Source of the DNA: an uncultured Verrucomicrobiota bacterium | GTDB taxonomy: Bacteria > Verrucomicrobiota > Kiritimatiellia > RFP12 > UBA1067 | Direction of reading: 5' to 3' | Length of the DNA stretch: 64,000 bases | NCBI GenBank assembly: GCA_946533675.1 | Contig: CAMNBZ010000011.1 | Span: forward strand, 3,278-67,277 | Part shown: positions 17,409 to 27,600 of the stretch, one piece after another | How the letters are laid out: each line of letters begins with the position of its first letter | How positions within the stretch are numbered: the stretch's first letter is position 1 | Notes under the pieces: generated by a model | Databases searched by the model: none | Told to the model about the DNA's origin: nothing | The model's input: the letters and a program-made list of their open reading frames with translations, nothing else | Position numbers and translations under genes: made by a program

Positions 17409-17460
17409 GATTCTAGGATTCTAGGTTTCTAGACTTCTAGGATTCTAGACTTCTAGAACC
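17405..17460. repeat. Seven 8-bp tandem repeats with a CTAG core
   Basis: CTAGGATT CTAGGATT CTAGGTTT CTAGACTT CTAGGATT CTAGACTT CTAGAACC. Confidence 0.9.
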
Positions 17461-17523
17461 CCGAGGGTGAAATGTGATATACTACACCCGACTGTTTCAT
17501 TATGACGAAAAGGAACTGACAGC

Positions 17524-19194
17524 ATGAGCATCTCGGATCAGGTCAAGGCCGGCAAGGAACGCGCGCCCCACCGCTCGCTCCTCTTCGCGACGGGGCTGAA
17601 GCGCCGCGACATGAAAAAGCCGTTCATCGGCATCTGCAACAGCTACGAAAGTTTCGTGCCCGGCCACTGCCACCTGAACAAGGTCGGCGCCTACCTCAAA
17701 AAGTGCATCGAAGAGGCGGGCGGCGTCGCGATGGAATTCAACACCATCGCCGTCTGCGACGGCCTCGCGATGGGCCACGCCGGCATGAAGTATTCGCTGC
17801 CGAGCCGCGAGCTGATCGCCGATTCGGTCGAGTCGATCGCGCGCGCACACTGCTTCGACGCGCTCATCTGCGTGCCCAACTGCGACAAAATCGTGCCCGG
17901 GATGCTGCTCGGCGCGCTGCGCGTCAACATTCCGACGATCTTCGCCTCGGGCGGCCCGATGGCGCCCGGCAAGCACCCGCTCACCGGTCAGGACTCCGAC
18001 CTCAACACCGTTTTCGAAGGCGTCGGCGCGGAGAACGCGGGCCGCATTTCCGCAAAGGACCTCGAAAAGATCGAGGAGACGAGCTGCCCCGGCTGCGGCA
18101 GCTGCTCGGGCATGTTCACCGCCAATTCGATGAACTGCCTCTACGAGGCGCTCGGCATCGCGCTGCCCGGCAACGGCACGACCCTCGCGACCGACCCGCG
18201 CCGCGCCGACCACTACCGGGCGAGCGCGCGCCGCATCGTGGCGATGGCGAAGAAGGGCGGTCCGCTGCCGCGCGAGCTGATCACGCGCGACTCGCTCGAC
18301 AATGCGCTGACGCTCGACATGGCGATGGGCGGCTCGACGAACACCGTCCTGCACACGCTCGCGATCGCGCGCGAGGCGGACGTCGACTTCTCGCTCGAAC
18401 GGATGAACGAGCTGTCGGCGCGCACGCCGTACATCTGCAAGCTCTCGCCCTCGGGCCACTACCACGTCGCCGACCTCGACCGCGCCGGCGGCGTCATGGC
18501 GATCCTCAAGCGCCTGCCCGCAAAGCTCCTGCACCTCGACGCGCCGACGGTGAGCGGCAAGACGCTCGGTGCGCAGATCCGCGCGGCGCAGATCCGCGAC
18601 GACGACGTGATCCGCACGCTCCCGAACGCCTACTCGCCCGACGGCGGCCTCGCGGTGCTGTGGGGCAACCTCGCGGCGAAGGGCGCGGTCGTCAAGAAGG
18701 GCGGCGTCGCGCCGTCGATGATGACGTTCACCGGCAGGGCCATCTGCTTCGAGTCGCAGGAAGACGCGTGCGCGGGCATTCTCGGCGGCAAGGTGAAGCC
18801 GGGCCACGTCGTCGTCATCCGCTACGAAGGGCCGAAGGGCGGCCCCGGCATGCAGGAGATGCTCGCGCCGACGAGCTACATCATCGGCGCGGGGCTGGGC
18901 GAATCGGTGGCGCTCATCACGGACGGGCGCTTCTCGGGCGCGACGCACGGCGCGTGCGTCGGCCACGTTTCGCCGGAGGCGGCGGAAGGCGGGCTCATCG
19001 GACTTTTGAAGGACGGCGACGAGATCACGATCGACATTCCGGCGCGCGCGATCAACGCGAAGCTGACGAAGAAGGAGATCGCCGCGCGCGCGAAGCGGGC
19101 GAAGGCGTGGTCGCCGCGCATCAAGGGCGGCTGGCTCGAGCGCTACGCGCGGTTCGTCGGCAACGCCTCGACGGGCGCGAGCCTCAAGGCGTAG
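17524..19194 (+). CDS. ilvD: Dihydroxy-acid dehydratase
   Basis: [59 protein letters not shown]. Confidence 0.96.
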   Translation: MSISDQVKAGKERAPHRSLLFATGLKRRDMKKPFIGICNSYESFVPGHCHLNKVGAYLKKCIEEAGGVAMEFNTIAVCDGLAMGHAGMKYSLPSRELIADSVESIARAHCFDALICVPNCDKIVPGMLLGALRVNIPTIFASGGPMAPGKHPLTGQDSDLNTVFEGVGAENAGRISAKDLEKIEETSCPGCGSCSGMFTANSMNCLYEALGIALPGNGTTLATDPRRADHYRASARRIVAMAKKGGPLPRELITRDSLDNALTLDMAMGGSTNTVLHTLAIAREADVDFSLERMNELSARTPYICKLSPSGHYHVADLDRAGGVMAILKRLPAKLLHLDAPTVSGKTLGAQIRAAQIRDDDVIRTLPNAYSPDGGLAVLWGNLAAKGAVVKKGGVAPSMMTFTGRAICFESQEDACAGILGGKVKPGHVVVIRYEGPKGGPGMQEMLAPTSYIIGAGLGESVALITDGRFSGATHGACVGHVSPEAAEGGLIGLLKDGDEITIDIPARAINAKLTKKEIAARAKRAKAWSPRIKGGWLERYARFVGNASTGASLKA

Positions 19195-19246
19195 GTCTCT
19201 TTTCACCGATACGCATTTTCACCAACACGAAGAATCAGGAGAAACG

Positions 19247-20776
19247 ATGAAAGCGTTTATTGAAGCGGGCAAGGCGACGATGGGCATCGAGTTCGGCTCG
19301 ACGCGCATCAAGGCGGTGCTGATCGACGACACGTTCCAGGTCATCGCGCAGGGCGCGCACGACTGGGAGAACCAGCTCGTCGACGGCGTGTGGTCGTATT
19401 CGATGGAGGCGATCGAGCGCGGCGTGCGCGACGCCTACGCGCGGTGCGCGGCCGACGTCGAGGCGAAGTACGGCGTGAAGCTGACGCGCCTGGCGGCGCT
19501 CGGCATCTCGGGCATGATGCACGGCTACCTGCCGTTCGACGCGGCGGGGAAGCTCCTCGTGCCGTTCCGCACCTGGCGCAACGTGATGACGGCGCAGGCG
19601 GCGGCGGAGCTTTCGTCGCTCTTCAGGTTCAACATCCCGCAGCGCTGGAGCATCGCGCACTACTACCAGGCCATCCTGAACAAGGAGCCGCACGTCGGCG
19701 CGGTCCGCTGGCTGACGACGCTCGCCGGCTACGTCCACTACCGGCTCACCGGCGAGAACGTGATGGGCGTGGGCGAGGCGAGCGGCATGTTTCCGATCGA
19801 TCCGGCGACGGGCGACTACAACGCGCGGATGCTCGCGGCGTTCGACGCGAAGGTCGGCGGCGAGCTGAAGAGCAAGCTGCCGCGCGTTTTGAAGGCGGGC
19901 GAACGGGCGGGCACGCTCACGGCGCGCGGCGCGGCGTGGCTCGATCCGACGGGCACGCTCCAGCCGGGCGCGGTGATGGCGCCGCCGGAGGGCGACGCGG
20001 GCACGGGCATGGTCGCCACGAACGCCGTCGCGCCGAAGACCGGCAACGTCTCGGCCGGCACGAGCATCTTCGCGATGGTCGTCCTCGAACAGGCGATGAA
20101 GGGCTACTACCCCGAGATCGACGTCGTGACGACGCCCGCGGGCAGCGAGGTCGCGATGGTGCACTGCAACAACTGCACGAACGAGATCAACGCGTGGGCG
20201 GAGCTCTTCAAGGGCGTCTTCACGCAGCAGGCGGGCGGGCCCAACATCTACGGCACGCTCTTCAACGAGTCGCTGAAGGGCGACGCGGACTGCGGCGGCG
20301 TGGTGGTGGTGCCGTTCCTCTCCGGCGAGCCGGTGACGGGCGTCGCGGACGCGCTCCTCAAGGTCGTGCGGCAGCCCGACTCGAAGTTCACGCTCGCGAA
20401 CTTCTTCCGCGCGCAGATCTATTCGGCGTTCGTCTCGCTCAAGCTCGGCATGGACATCCTCGCGAAGGAGAACGTGACGATCGAGTCGCTGACGGGCCAC
20501 GGCGGCATCTTCAAGGACAAGGGCATCGCGCAGCAGTACCTCGCCGACGCGCTCAACACGAGCGTGACGTGCCTCGCGACGGCGGCGGAGGGCGGTCCGT
20601 GGGGCATGGCGGTCCTCGCGGCGTACGCGGCGTCGGGCGCGGGCGAAAAGCTCGAGGACTATCTCGCGCACAAGGTGTTCGCGCGCGCGGCGACGGAAAC
20701 GCTCGCGCCGACGGCGGCGGGCGTCGCCGGCTTCAACCGGTACGCGGAGAACTTCAAGAAGGCGATCAGGGGGTAA
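19247..20776 (+). CDS. FGGY-family pentulose kinase (probable L-ribulokinase)
   Basis: [26 protein letters not shown]; directly upstream of araD. Confidence 0.82.
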   Translation: MKAFIEAGKATMGIEFGSTRIKAVLIDDTFQVIAQGAHDWENQLVDGVWSYSMEAIERGVRDAYARCAADVEAKYGVKLTRLAALGISGMMHGYLPFDAAGKLLVPFRTWRNVMTAQAAAELSSLFRFNIPQRWSIAHYYQAILNKEPHVGAVRWLTTLAGYVHYRLTGENVMGVGEASGMFPIDPATGDYNARMLAAFDAKVGGELKSKLPRVLKAGERAGTLTARGAAWLDPTGTLQPGAVMAPPEGDAGTGMVATNAVAPKTGNVSAGTSIFAMVVLEQAMKGYYPEIDVVTTPAGSEVAMVHCNNCTNEINAWAELFKGVFTQQAGGPNIYGTLFNESLKGDADCGGVVVVPFLSGEPVTGVADALLKVVRQPDSKFTLANFFRAQIYSAFVSLKLGMDILAKENVTIESLTGHGGIFKDKGIAQQYLADALNTSVTCLATAAEGGPWGMAVLAAYAASGAGEKLEDYLAHKVFARAATETLAPTAAGVAGFNRYAENFKKAIRG

Positions 20777-20779
20777 GAC

Positions 20780-21478
20780 ATGCTGGAGCAGCTCAAGGAA
20801 GACGTGTTCAAGGCGAATCAGCGGCTCGTGTCGTCGGGCCTCGTGGTGCTGACGTGGGGCAACGCCTCGGGATTCGATCCCGCGACGGGCCTCGTCGTCA
20901 TCAAGCCCTCGGGCGTGGACTACGACAGGATGACGGCCGCCGACATGGTGGTCGTCGATCTGGACGGCAAGGTCGTCGAAGGGAATCTGCGCCCGTCGAG
21001 CGACACGGCCACGCACATCGCGTTCTACCGCAACTTCGCGGGCGTGAAGGGCGCCGTGCACACGCACTCGGTCGAAGCGACGGCGTGGGCGCAGGCGTGC
21101 CGCGAGATTCCCGCCTACGGGACGACGCACGCCGATACGTTCCACGGCCCGGTGCCGCTCACGCGCATCCTGACGGAGCAGGAGGTCACGGAGGCGTACG
21201 AGGCGAACACGGGCAAGGTGATCGTCGAGCGTTTCCGGGACCTGGAGCCGCTCGCGGTGCCGGGCGTGCTCGTGGCGGGCCACGCGCCGTTCACGTGGGG
21301 CAGGGATCCGCAGGATGCGGTGGATCACGCGATCGCGCTCGAGGCGATTGCGAAGATGGCGCGCCTCACCGAGGCGGTGAACGCGGCGAAACCCGCGCCG
21401 GGCCTCGTCCCGTACGTCGGCGAAAAGCACTATCAGCGCAAGCACGGCAAGAACGCCTACTACGGCCAGATCCGGTAA
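20780..21478 (+). CDS. araD: L-ribulose-5-phosphate 4-epimerase
   Basis: [43 protein letters not shown]. Confidence 0.94.
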   Translation: MLEQLKEDVFKANQRLVSSGLVVLTWGNASGFDPATGLVVIKPSGVDYDRMTAADMVVVDLDGKVVEGNLRPSSDTATHIAFYRNFAGVKGAVHTHSVEATAWAQACREIPAYGTTHADTFHGPVPLTRILTEQEVTEAYEANTGKVIVERFRDLEPLAVPGVLVAGHAPFTWGRDPQDAVDHAIALEAIAKMARLTEAVNAAKPAPGLVPYVGEKHYQRKHGKNAYYGQIR

Positions 21479-21555
21479 AATCAACCCCTTGTCAACGGGA
21501 GGGAAAATTTGATATACTATACCCTACATTTGGAAAAGCAAGGAATAATGAACTA

Positions 21556-21939
21556 ATGCCTACAATCAACCAGTTGATTCGCAAGGGGCGCTCGCCGCTT
21601 GCCAAGCATTCGAAATCGCCCGCGCTGAAGGCGTGCCCCCAGCGCCGCGGTGTCTGTCTCGTCGTCAAGACGATGACCCCCAAGAAGCCGAACTCGGCCC
21701 TCCGCAAGGTTGCCCGTGTGCGCCTGACGAGCGGCTATGAAGTGACGGCCTACATCCCGGGCGAAGGCCACAACCTCCAGGAGCACAGCGTGGTGCTCGT
21801 GCGCGGCGGCCGTGTGAAGGACCTGCCGGGCGTGCGCTACCACATCGTGCGCGGCAAGCTCGACTCCCTCGGCGTGGCGGGTCGCAACCGCAGCCGTTCG
21901 AAGTACGGCATGAAGAAGCAGAAGAAAGAGGGGAAGTAA
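21556..21939 (+). CDS. rpsL: 30S ribosomal protein S12
   Basis: [31 protein letters not shown]. Confidence 0.98.
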   Translation: MPTINQLIRKGRSPLAKHSKSPALKACPQRRGVCLVVKTMTPKKPNSALRKVARVRLTSGYEVTAYIPGEGHNLQEHSVVLVRGGRVKDLPGVRYHIVRGKLDSLGVAGRNRSRSKYGMKKQKKEGK

Positions 21940-21942
21940 GCC

Positions 21943-22467
21943 ATGAGCCGCAGAGGTAAGACAATCGTCAAGCGCGTCACGCTCGATCCGAAGTACAACT
22001 CGGAGCTCGTCGCGCACATGATCCGCGTCGTCATGAAGGACGGCAAGAAGACCGTCGCCGAGAAGATCGTCTACGGGATGATCGACAAGGTGAAGGAGGC
22101 CCTCGCCGCCGATCCTGAGAAATTCAAGAAGGACGACAAGCAGTTTACCGATCCGCTGGAGATCGTCTCGGCCGCCATCGACAACATGAAGCCGCAGGTC
22201 GAGGTCAAGACGCGTCGCGTCGGCGGCACGACCTACCCGGTGCCGGTGCCGATCGCCGCGAACCGCCAGCTCTCGCTCGCGCTGCGCTGGACGACGCAGT
22301 ACGCGTCGGGCCGTCACGGCATGGGCATGCCCGCCGCGGTCGCCGCCGAGATCATCGACGCGTTCCAGGGCCAGGGCAACGTCATCAAGAAACGCGACGA
22401 CGTTCACAAGATGGCGCAGGCCAACAAGGCATTCGCTCACTACGCGTGGGGCAACAACGCCGGCTGA
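21943..22467 (+). CDS. rpsG: 30S ribosomal protein S7
   Basis: DPKYNS, DGKK..AE.IVY, EVKTRRVGG, HKMAQANKAFAHY. Confidence 0.97.
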   Translation: MSRRGKTIVKRVTLDPKYNSELVAHMIRVVMKDGKKTVAEKIVYGMIDKVKEALAADPEKFKKDDKQFTDPLEIVSAAIDNMKPQVEVKTRRVGGTTYPVPVPIAANRQLSLALRWTTQYASGRHGMGMPAAVAAEIIDAFQGQGNVIKKRDDVHKMAQANKAFAHYAWGNNAG

Positions 22468-22493
22468 TCACGCGAAATTGCTTTTCCGAATCG

Positions 22494-22527
22494 AAACCGC
22501 GGCACTTCTGCCGCGGTTTTTGTTTTC
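22494..22527 (+). terminator. Rho-independent terminator after rpsG
   Basis: AAACCGCGGCA-CTTC-TGCCGCGGTTT followed by TTGTTTT. Confidence 0.85.
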
Positions 22528-22583
22528 CCGGCGCGCTTTCCCTGTCTGATGCGCGGAAAAATATGATATACTATTCATTCATC

Positions 22584-23861
22584 ATGAATGAATTGGCGAG
22601 CAAGCTCAACGAGACGCTCGGCGCGGCGGCGCAGTTCCTTTCGACCGCCGGCCGGCACATGTATTTCCCCTACGGCGGCATCCTGGGCCAGGGCGCGCAG
22701 GCGCGCGGCTGCGACATCAACGCGACGATCGGCATGGCGTTCGAGGAAGACGATTCGCCGATGGTGATGCCGTGCTTCGCCGAACGCATCACGCTCGACC
22801 GGCGCGCGTTCCTCTATGCGCCGTCGTTCGGGCTCCCGGCCCTGCGCGAGACGTGGAAGAAGATGGAGCTCGAGAAGAATCCGTCGCTGAAGGGCGTCGC
22901 GTTCTCCAACCCCGTCGTCACCAACGCGCTGACGCACGGCCTGAGGATCGCGGCGGAGCTCTTCGCCGATCCGGACGACACGCTCGTGACGCCGGACCTC
23001 TTCTGGGACAACTACGAGCTCATCTTCGGCGAGGCGGTCGGCTGCCGGGTCGCGCACTTCAACACCTTCGTCGACGGCCGCTTCGACGCGGCGGCGATGG
23101 AGGCGGCGCTGAAGGCCCCGGGCGACAGGAAGCTCCTCATCCTCAACTTTCCGAACAATCCGACGGGCTACACGGCGACGGACGAGGACGTGCCGCGCAT
23201 CGTCGCAGCGGTCAAGGCGGCGGCGGACGCGGGCAAGCGGATCGTCGTCATCCTCGACGACGCCTACTTCGGCCTCGTCTACGAGGCGGGCGTCCACCGC
23301 GAGTCGCTCTTCGCCGCGTTCGCGGCGCTCTCCGAAAACGTGCTCGCCGTGAAGCTCGACGGCGCGACGAAGGAGGATTACGTCTGGGGCCTGCGCGTCG
23401 GGTTCATCTCGTTCGCGTTCAAGGGCGCGACGGCGGAGCAGCTCAAGGCGCTGGAGGCGAAGGCCGCCGGCAACGTCCGCAGCGGCGTGTCGAACATCTC
23501 GTCCATCGGCCAGCACCTCGCGGTCGCGGCGTTCGCCGATCCCGGCTACGCGCGGCAGAAGAAGGAGAAGTACGAGATCCTCCACGCGCGCTACCGCGAA
23601 ATCCGCCGCATCCTCGCGGCGCATCCCGAATACGCCGACTCCTTCGAGGCGATGCCGTTCAACTCGGGCTACTTCATGTGCGTCAGGCCGCGCGGCGTCG
23701 ACGCCGAGGCGGTCCGCCGGCGGCTGATCGAGGCGTACTCGACGGGCACGATCGTCCTGTCGGGCCTGATCCGTCTCAGCTTCTCGACGGTGCCCGCGGC
23801 CAAGCTGCCGCGCCTCTTCGCCAACGTCCATGCGGCGATCAACGACTTGAAAAAAGGCTGA
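22584..23861 (+). CDS. PLP-dependent aminotransferase class I/II
   Basis: NFPNNPTG, DDAYFG, DGATKEDYVWGLRVG. Confidence 0.9.
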   Translation: MNELASKLNETLGAAAQFLSTAGRHMYFPYGGILGQGAQARGCDINATIGMAFEEDDSPMVMPCFAERITLDRRAFLYAPSFGLPALRETWKKMELEKNPSLKGVAFSNPVVTNALTHGLRIAAELFADPDDTLVTPDLFWDNYELIFGEAVGCRVAHFNTFVDGRFDAAAMEAALKAPGDRKLLILNFPNNPTGYTATDEDVPRIVAAVKAAADAGKRIVVILDDAYFGLVYEAGVHRESLFAAFAALSENVLAVKLDGATKEDYVWGLRVGFISFAFKGATAEQLKALEAKAAGNVRSGVSNISSIGQHLAVAAFADPGYARQKKEKYEILHARYREIRRILAAHPEYADSFEAMPFNSGYFMCVRPRGVDAEAVRRRLIEAYSTGTIVLSGLIRLSFSTVPAAKLPRLFANVHAAINDLKKG

Positions 23862-23909
23862 TTTCTTTCCTCCACCCCAAACGAAAACCACACCGAAAGG
23901 AACCGACCC

Positions 23910-25229
23910 ATGACATTCCGCAACATCCTGCTGTGCACCGCCTTCGCGGCCGCGACCGCGTGGGGACAGACCCCCGAAACGCTCCTGACCGTCCAGGTCG
24001 CCAACATGGACGCGCTCGTCCGGGCGTCCGCCAAGGTCGGCGAGCTCATGGGCAACCCGATGATGGGCGCGATGGCCAGCATGGCGCTCACGCAGAACGA
24101 GGATCTGGCGAAGCACCTCGCGAAGGGCGCGGGTGAAACGGCCGTCGCCACCGTCGTTCTGACGAAGGACGAGGACGGGGACGACGATCTGGACGCGACA
24201 TGGGCGACGGTGCCGGCCGAGATGGACGGCGCGCTCGTCCGCGTCACGGTTCCGGCGAGCGGCGTCAAGACGATCGTCACGAAACTGGAGGAGGCGAAAG
24301 GCGAGACCGCGTGCGCCAACAAGGCGGCGCTGGACGACCTCATCGCGACGCTCCGGATGGTCGACTCGTGCACGCTCGCGCTCAAGGTGAGCGACGCGGG
24401 GCTGGAGATCGGCGGCACGCTCGTGCCGGTCGCCGGCACCGACCTCGCGAAGATCGGCACCGTGCCGCTCGCGGAGGATCCCTTCGCGTTCGCGCCGGCG
24501 ACGGCGCTCGTGGCGGACGCCTACGCCGCGAACAGCGGTTGTGCCGCCGTCACGCTTGACCAGGTGCAGACGATTCTGGACGTCCTCAACAAGAACGGCG
24601 TCCAGACGGACTGGCTCAAGAGCCAGCGCACGGACAATTTCCTGCAGCTGACGCTCGACAGCGCGGCGGCGATCCGTTACTTCAAGGGCGAGGGCAAGGA
24701 GGCTGTCACGAAGCTGAAGCCTGAAATGTTCGAGGGCGTGGCGTGCCTCAAGGGCTCGGGCCGGCCCGTGGTCGGCGGCCCGGCGATGGGCACGTCGCTC
24801 TCGCTCGCGAACGCGGCGGCGAAGACGAGCCCCACCGCACGTTTCCGCAGGGTGCTGCCCGAGGCGGCGGCGAAGAAGCCGTTCTCGGCCAGCGTCCACT
24901 CCGTCTATCCGCTTCTCCGGGCGCTCGCGAACGACGCCGTCGCGCTGGTGCCGGAGAAGGACGCGGCCACGCTCAAGTCGCTCCTCGCGACGCTGCCGCC
25001 GCCCGGCGACGGTGCGTCCGCCGGTGCGATCTGGCGCGAAGGTGACGCGTTCGGCTTTGTCTCGCGCCTGTCGGCGGACGAGTTCCGCAATCTCGCCGTC
25101 GCGATCCAGTCGGTCGGCACCTATGTGGCGATGAGCAGCGTGAAGACGGCGGGCGACATCGACATCGAATTCGACGATGACGACGATGACGATGACGACG
25201 ACGATGACGACGGCGACACGAACGACTGA
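23910..25229 (+). CDS. Secreted hypothetical protein with C-terminal poly-Asp tail
   Basis: AAGGA RBS, signal peptide, host-like codon usage; no family recognised. Confidence 0.75.
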   Translation: MTFRNILLCTAFAAATAWGQTPETLLTVQVANMDALVRASAKVGELMGNPMMGAMASMALTQNEDLAKHLAKGAGETAVATVVLTKDEDGDDDLDATWATVPAEMDGALVRVTVPASGVKTIVTKLEEAKGETACANKAALDDLIATLRMVDSCTLALKVSDAGLEIGGTLVPVAGTDLAKIGTVPLAEDPFAFAPATALVADAYAANSGCAAVTLDQVQTILDVLNKNGVQTDWLKSQRTDNFLQLTLDSAAAIRYFKGEGKEAVTKLKPEMFEGVACLKGSGRPVVGGPAMGTSLSLANAAAKTSPTARFRRVLPEAAAKKPFSASVHSVYPLLRALANDAVALVPEKDAATLKSLLATLPPPGDGASAGAIWREGDAFGFVSRLSADEFRNLAVAIQSVGTYVAMSSVKTAGDIDIEFDDDDDDDDDDDDDGDTND

Positions 25230-26064
25230 GGCGTTCGCCAAGGTCAACCTGACGCTGGAAGTCTTCAGCAGGCGCGCGGATGGATTCCACGCGCTTCGTT
25301 CGCTCGTTCTGCCGGTGACGCTCGCCGACACGGTGACGGTGGCGTCGGCGGACGGCATTTCGAGCGATTCGCCCTATCCCGACGATCTCTGCGCCCGGGC
25401 GGCGCGCGCGCTGCAGGCGGCGGCCCGCACGACGCGCGGCGCGGCGATCCATGTCGACAAGCGCATTCCGGCGGGCGGCGGCCTCGGCGGCGGTTCGGCG
25501 GACGCGGCGGCGACGCTCTGTCTCCTGAACGACCTGTGGGCGCTGCGCCTCGCGCCGGCGGCGCTCGCGGCGGTCGGCGCAGCGGTCGGCAGCGACGTGC
25601 CCGCGCTCGTCCTGTCGCGTTTCAGCGGGCTCGTGATGATGGAAGGGCGCGGCGAGATCGTCGCGCCGGCGCACGTCGCGCACGCGCCGGTCCACCTGGT
25701 GCTCGTCAATCCGGGCGTCTTCTCGTCGACGGCGGAGGTGTATAAAAATTGCACGCCGCGCGTGACAGACGACCCCTCGATAGTGTATAATATGCGCCAC
25801 GCTCTGGAAAGCGGCGACGTGCCGGCGATGGTCGCCGCCCTGCAGAACGACCTCGAAGCGCCGGCCGTCCGGCTCCATCCGGAGATCGCGGCGGCCCAGC
25901 GCGCGCTCGCGGCGGCGGGCGCGGTCGGATGCGCGATGAGCGGCAGCGGATCGACTGTCTTCGGTCTCGTCCCCGACGAAGCGGCGGGACGTGAAATCGC
26001 GGCTTCCCTGACGGCGAAGGGCCTCGCGGCCTGGAGCGTCCATTCAGCCTGTCCCTTCGTATAG
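25204..26064 (+). CDS. ispE: 4-diphosphocytidyl-2-C-methyl-D-erythritol kinase
   Basis: AKVNLTL, KRIPAGGGLGGGSADAA, GSDVP, MSGSGSTVF; the exact start is ambiguous among several ATGs from 25177 to 25204. Confidence 0.92.
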   Translation: MTTATRTTEAFAKVNLTLEVFSRRADGFHALRSLVLPVTLADTVTVASADGISSDSPYPDDLCARAARALQAAARTTRGAAIHVDKRIPAGGGLGGGSADAAATLCLLNDLWALRLAPAALAAVGAAVGSDVPALVLSRFSGLVMMEGRGEIVAPAHVAHAPVHLVLVNPGVFSSTAEVYKNCTPRVTDDPSIVYNMRHALESGDVPAMVAALQNDLEAPAVRLHPEIAAAQRALAAAGAVGCAMSGSGSTVFGLVPDEAAGREIAASLTAKGLAAWSVHSACPFV

Positions 26065-26123
26065 CGGCAGTACACGGGTTTTTGATACCCAGAGTAGTGG
26101 TTCGACTCCACTAGGGACAACCA
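26050..26123 (+). tRNA. tRNA-Gln(TTG)
   Basis: Acceptor TGTCCCT/AGGGACA, anticodon GGGT-TTTTGAT-ACCC, T-arm AGTGG-TTCGACT-CCACT, CCA end; the ispE-tRNA-Gln linkage is well known. Confidence 0.88.
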
Positions 26124-26149
26124 CGCGCAAGTGTGATATACTATTGCGC

Positions 26150-27568
26150 ATGAAGAACTATCTCGCCATCGACATCGGGGCCTCGAGCGGCCGCCACATC
26201 ATCGGAAACGTCAAGGACGGCAAGATCGCGCTGGAGGAGGTCTACCGCTTCGACAATTCGCAGGTGCGCAGGGACGGGCACGACTGCTGGGACATCGAGA
26301 AGCTCGTCGCGAGCGTCCAGGCGGGCATCGACGCGGCGGCGGCGAAGGCGCCGATCGACTCCATCGGCATCGACACGTGGGGCGTCGATTTCGTGCTCCT
26401 CGACGCGGACGGCCGGCTGATCGGCGACGCCGTCGCCTACCGCGACGCGCGCACGGCGGGCGCGGACGCGGAGATCGAGAAGGAGGTCCTCTCCTTCGCC
26501 GAGCTCTATGCGCGCGCGGGCATCCAGAAGACGGCGTTCAACACGATCTACCAGCTGTGGGCGCTCAAGAAGGAGCATCCCGAGCAGCTCGCGGCGGCGG
26601 CGCATTTCCTGATGGTGCCGGAATACCTCAACTACCGGCTGACGGGCCGCATCGTCCACGAGTACACCGACTCGTCCACGACGTCGCTCCTCGACGCGGC
26701 GAAGAAGGACTGGGACTGGGAGCTGATCGAGAAGCTGGGGCTGCCGAAGAAGATCTTCGGCAAGCTGGAGATGCCGGGCGCGACGGTCGGCACGTACAAG
26801 GGGATCAAGGTCGTCCTTCCGGCGATGCACGACACGGGCTCGGCGTACCTCGCGGTGCCGGCGCGCGACGACCGGGCGGTGTACCTTTCGAGCGGCACGT
26901 GGTCGCTGCTCGGCGTCGAGAACGAGCGGCCCATCACGACGGCGGCGAGCTGCGCGGCGAACTTCACGAACGAAGGCGGCGCGTGGGGCCGCTACCGCTA
27001 CCTCAAGAACATCATGGGCAGCTGGATCATCCAGTCGATCCGCCGCGAGCTGAACGGCGTCAGCTACGTCGCGGGCAAGGCGGGCGACGCGACGGCGGCG
27101 GCGCTCGTGACGCTGACCGACTACGAGAAGGGGCACGACTATTCGTTCGCCGACCTCTCGTCGATCGCGCGCACGAGCGGCTACGGCACCGTCGTGAACG
27201 TGAATGACGCGCGCTTCCTCAACCCGGCGTCGATGATCGGCGAAATCCGCGCGGCGGCGGCCGAGCAGGGCGCGGCACCGTCGACGGTGGGCGACCTGAT
27301 GAAGTGCGTCTACATTTCGCTCGCGGCCTGCTACGCCGACGCGATCAGGAACCTCGCGCAGCTGACGGGCAAGACGTACACCTCCATCAACATCGTCGGC
27401 GGCGGCTCGCGCGACACGTACCTCAACGAGCTGACGGCCGCGGCGACGGGGCTGGAGGTGATCACGGGGCCGATCGAAGGCACGGCCATCGGCAACCTGA
27501 TCGTCCAGATGATCGTCGGCGGTGAATTCGCCGATCTCGCCGCGGCGCGCGCGGCCATCGCGCGATGA
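26150..27568 (+). CDS. rhaB: Rhamnulokinase
   Basis: AIDIGASSGR, GIDTWGVDF, YRDART, HDTGSA, SSGTWSLLG, FTNEGG. Confidence 0.88.
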   Translation: MKNYLAIDIGASSGRHIIGNVKDGKIALEEVYRFDNSQVRRDGHDCWDIEKLVASVQAGIDAAAAKAPIDSIGIDTWGVDFVLLDADGRLIGDAVAYRDARTAGADAEIEKEVLSFAELYARAGIQKTAFNTIYQLWALKKEHPEQLAAAAHFLMVPEYLNYRLTGRIVHEYTDSSTTSLLDAAKKDWDWELIEKLGLPKKIFGKLEMPGATVGTYKGIKVVLPAMHDTGSAYLAVPARDDRAVYLSSGTWSLLGVENERPITTAASCAANFTNEGGAWGRYRYLKNIMGSWIIQSIRRELNGVSYVAGKAGDATAAALVTLTDYEKGHDYSFADLSSIARTSGYGTVVNVNDARFLNPASMIGEIRAAAAEQGAAPSTVGDLMKCVYISLAACYADAIRNLAQLTGKTYTSINIVGGGSRDTYLNELTAAATGLEVITGPIEGTAIGNLIVQMIVGGEFADLAAARAAIAR

Positions 27569-27600
27569 GCGCGTCGGACATCCACAGATCAATCGGAGAA

